Of a DNA stretch of 64,000 nt, positions 61,250-64,000 are shown piece by piece. Source of the stretch: Gammaproteobacteria bacterium (GTDB lineage: Bacteria; Pseudomonadota; Gammaproteobacteria; UWMA-0217); contig JALSHZ010000121.1 of assembly GCA_026981985.1 (NCBI GenBank), positions 17,168 through 81,167 on the forward strand, given 5' to 3'. The translations under genes were made by a program, and so were the position numbers. How positions within the stretch are numbered: the first letter of the stretch is position 1; each line of letters opens with the position of its first letter. The notes below the pieces were generated by a model. It had not been told where the DNA came from, made no database searches, and was given only the letters and a program-made list of their open reading frames with translations.

Positions 61250-62728
61250 TCACCTGTGCGTGCTATCGAGGCCGGCGGCGGCCATCTCCACCGCCTTGAA
61301 GATGGCGCGTCCCTTGTTCATCGTCTCTTTCCACTCCAGCTGGGGCTGGGAATCGTAGACGACCCCGGCACCCGCCTGAATATAGAGGGTGCCATCCTTG
61401 ATGACCGCGGTGCGGATGGCAATGGCGGTGTCCATATTGCCATTCCAGGAAAGATAACCGATTGCGCCAGCATAGATGCCGCGCTTGACCGGCTCTAGCT
61501 CGTCGATGATCTCCATGGCGCGAATCTTGGGCGCACCGCTGACGGTGCCGGCGGGGAAGGTGGCGCGCAGAACATCGATGGCGCTGAGGCCTTCCTGCAA
61601 TTCGCCGACCACGTTGGAGACGATGTGCATGACATGGGAGTAGCGCTCGACCAGCATCTTGCCTGTCAGTTTCACCGTGCCGGTCTTGCTCACCCGGCCA
61701 GTGTCGTTGCGGCCAAGGTCGATCAGCATCAGATGTTCGGCCAGCTCCTTCGGGTCGCCGAGCAGATCGGCTTCCATTGCCAGGTCATCGGCTTCGTCCC
61801 GGCCGCGGCGGCGGGTGCCGGCAATGGGGCGCACCGTGACTTGACCGTCTTCGAGATGCACCAGAATCTCGGGACTGGAGCCGACGATGTGGAAGTCATC
61901 GAGATCGAGAAAGTACATGTACGGCGACGGGTTCAGCGTCCGTAGCGCGCGGTAGAGATCCAGCGGCGGCGCCTCATAGGGAATGCTCATGCGCTGCGAT
62001 AGCACCACCTGCATCACATCGCCATCGATGATGTACTGACGCGCCTTTTCCACGGCCTGCTTGAAGCCAGCTTCGGTAAACCCTGAGACGAAATCGGATT
62101 CACTGATCGGGTGCTGATGCGGTGTGGCGCGATAGCCCGGTGTGGCGCTGTGCAGCCGCGCTTCCAGCTCATCGAGCCGCTGCTTTCCGGTGGTCTCTTC
62201 GCCGGGTGAGACGTGGACGATCAAAAACAGCTTGCCGGCGAGGTTGTCGAACACCACGACTTCCTCGGAGACCATCAGCAGAATGTCGGCTGTGCCGATC
62301 GGGTCGGGTTTCGGTTTGCCGCGTCTGAGTCTCGGTTCGATATAGCCGATGGTGTCGTAGCCGAAATAACCGACCAGCCCGCCGGTGAAGCGGGGCAGGC
62401 CGTCGCGGATCTGAACATCGAAACGCTGTTGATAAGCTTCGATCCAGGCCAATGGATCATCGACCTGTTCGCTGGCGATGACGCTACCGTCCTCCAGCTG
62501 TTCGACACGGTTGCCGGTGATGCGGATGACGCGCCGGCAGGGCAGGCCGATGATCGAATAGCGACCCCATTTTTCGCCGCCTTGTACCGATTCGAACAGA
62601 TAGCTGTAGGGGCCGTCAACCAGCTTGAGGTAGGTGCTGAGCGGGGTGTCGAGGTCGGCCAGTACCTCGCGTACCAGCGGGATGCGTTTTTCAGTGGCCC
62701 CGGCTGGGGCGTCGGCGGGTTGGTTCAT
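61250..62728 (-). CDS. trpE: Anthranilate synthase component I
   Basis: Full-length TrpE homology. Confidence 0.96.
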   Translation of the reverse strand: MNQPADAPAGATEKRIPLVREVLADLDTPLSTYLKLVDGPYSYLFESVQGGEKWGRYSIIGLPCRRVIRITGNRVEQLEDGSVIASEQVDDPLAWIEAYQQRFDVQIRDGLPRFTGGLVGYFGYDTIGYIEPRLRRGKPKPDPIGTADILLMVSEEVVVFDNLAGKLFLIVHVSPGEETTGKQRLDELEARLHSATPGYRATPHQHPISESDFVSGFTEAGFKQAVEKARQYIIDGDVMQVVLSQRMSIPYEAPPLDLYRALRTLNPSPYMYFLDLDDFHIVGSSPEILVHLEDGQVTVRPIAGTRRRGRDEADDLAMEADLLGDPKELAEHLMLIDLGRNDTGRVSKTGTVKLTGKMLVERYSHVMHIVSNVVGELQEGLSAIDVLRATFPAGTVSGAPKIRAMEIIDELEPVKRGIYAGAIGYLSWNGNMDTAIAIRTAVIKDGTLYIQAGAGVVYDSQPQLEWKETMNKGRAIFKAVEMAAAGLDSTHR

Positions 62729-62865
62729 GGGGCAGGTTCCGTATTCAGGGTGTTGCTCCGGTGCCTATCAGTATTGGGCGCCGGATCTGGAGATGAAAGG
62801 ATGATGCGGCTAGCCGCGCCATCGTGTTCTGGTCCAGAATTTCTGAAAACGGTCGGTCATGAGCG

Positions 62866-63540
62866 CTATTCAAACAATGCCGGCAACTCGGCCATGGAGT
62901 CGATCACTGCGTCTGGCGAATACTCGCGAATGTCCACGCCATGATTATAGCCATAACTCATGCAGACGATCTTGAAACCGGCGGCGCGGGAAGCTTCCAC
63001 ATCGCTCTTGGAATCGCCGATCATCAGGCTCTGCTCCGGTGTGACGCCCAGCTGCTCCGCCGCGTGCAGCAGCGGTGCGGGGTGAGGTTTTTTCTGTGGC
63101 AGTGTATCGCTGGCGATGACGATCTCGAACACATCGTAGATGCCGAGATCCTTCAGCAGTGGCAGGGTGAACTGGCTGGCCTTGTTGGTGACGCAGCCGA
63201 GACGGGCATCGGTGCTCTGTAAATATTCGAGGCCTTCTTTCACCCCCGGGTAGAGCAGCGAGCGTTTCGAGGTGTTGTCGGCATAGAGGTCGAGAAACAG
63301 CGGATAGGCCTTGTCGAACAGCGCCTTGTCCGGGGTGCCGTCGAGGTCATTGCACAGCGCGCGCTCGACCAGCCGGGGCACGCCGTTGCCGACCCAGTTG
63401 CGCACTGCCGCTTCACCGCGCAAGGGCATGTCGAGCGCCTTCATCATCTCGTCGACGCAGTACGCCAGATCGGGCACGCTGTCGACCAGGGTGCCGTCGA
63501 CATCGATCAGCACCATGCCTGGTTTGGCCAGTTTGGGCAT
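62866..63540 (-). CDS. gph: Phosphoglycolate phosphatase (HAD family)
   Basis: MPKLAKPGMVLIDVDGTLVDS (DxDGT). A longer ORF runs to 63732. Confidence 0.9.
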   Translation of the reverse strand: MPKLAKPGMVLIDVDGTLVDSVPDLAYCVDEMMKALDMPLRGEAAVRNWVGNGVPRLVERALCNDLDGTPDKALFDKAYPLFLDLYADNTSKRSLLYPGVKEGLEYLQSTDARLGCVTNKASQFTLPLLKDLGIYDVFEIVIASDTLPQKKPHPAPLLHAAEQLGVTPEQSLMIGDSKSDVEASRAAGFKIVCMSYGYNHGVDIREYSPDAVIDSMAELPALFE

Positions 63541-63544
63541 GTTC

Positions 63545-64000
63545 TTATCCAGCTTTGGCGAGCTCTTCGCGCATGGCGGCGACAACGGAATCGTAGCGGT
63601 TCGGATCGCTGTCCTTCGCTGCGCCAAAGATGGCGGAGCCGGCCACGAACATGTCGGCGCCCGCTTCCTTGATCTCGCGGATATTGTCGACCTTGACGCC
63701 GCCGTCGATCTCCAGGCGAATGTCATAACCACTCTCGTCGATGCGCTTGCGCGCCTCGCGCAGCTTGTTCAGCGTGGCTGGAATGAAACTCTGGCCACCA
63801 AAACCGGGGTTGACCGACATCAGCAGGATGACATCGACCTTGTCCATTACGTAGTCGAGGTAGTCCAGCGGTGTGGCCGGGTTGAACACCAGGCCGGACT
63901 TGCAACCTTCGTTACGGATCAGTTGCAGCGAGCGGTCGATATGCTCGGAAGCTTCCGGGTGGAAGGTGATGTAGCTGGCGCCGGCCTTGGCGAAGTCGGG
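63545..64000 (-). CDS. rpe: Ribulose-phosphate 3-epimerase. The 5' end lies beyond the window edge.
   Basis: The C-terminal half of Rpe is present. The frame stays open to the window end. Confidence 0.9.
   Translation of the reverse strand, partial: PDFAKAGASYITFHPEASEHIDRSLQLIRNEGCKSGLVFNPATPLDYLDYVMDKVDVILLMSVNPGFGGQSFIPATLNKLREARKRIDESGYDIRLEIDGGVKVDNIREIKEAGADMFVAGSAIFGAAKDSDPNRYDSVVAAMREELAKAG

Overview
This is a 64 kb chromosomal window from a roughly 60% GC gammaproteobacterium with Pseudomonas-like gene order. The conserved backbone is: asmA-like, mutY, yggX, tRNA-Phe; cutA, dsbD, tlpA, aroQ, accB, accC, prmA, a zinc-ribbon gene, fis, purH; tamA, tamB, mscL, nadA; fxsA, groES, groEL; yaaA, coq7, crp/vfr, trpC, trpD, trpG, trpE, gph, rpe. 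It is almost entirely housekeeping genes on both strands, with no CRISPR array, integrase, transposase or reverse transcriptase.

The parts worth a second look are several small accessory insertions into this backbone.
(1) Beside tRNA-Phe sits a low-GC gene for a four-helix membrane protein with a CXXCH heme motif. Downstream of it are an orphan ModBC/TupBC-like ABC permease and ATPase with no binding protein, then moeA, a small secreted ORF and mobB.
(2) dusB (upstream of fis) and purD (downstream of purH) are missing. An esterase gene and an MFS transporter operon occupy those positions.
(3) Between the DUF255 thioredoxin gene and fxsA lie two thioredoxin-fold genes (CPHC and CPFC motifs), a GT2 glycosyltransferase, and a TolC-family outer-membrane factor with a short HlyD adaptor but no inner-membrane pump.
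(4) Between fxsA and groES lie a strongly ribosome-binding-site-supported 28-residue hydrophobic peptide ORF, an orphan csrA/rsmA paralog with its own -10 box, and a DUF211/VIT-family pair. A CIRCE (HrcA) operator sits in front of groES.
(5) Downstream of groEL are an ATP-grasp ligase plus metallophosphoesterase operon and two more GT2 genes. With the first GT2 gene this makes three paralogous glycosyltransferases in one window.

Two inverted copies of a roughly 150 bp MITE-like element with 14 to 15 bp terminal inverted repeats (39157-39311 and 58573-58721) were also found. mutY has no canonical start codon where E. coli MutY has Met1; the codon there is ATA, preceded by a good Shine-Dalgarno sequence. 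Six to seven thiol-disulfide oxidoreductase genes in 64 kb is unusually many.
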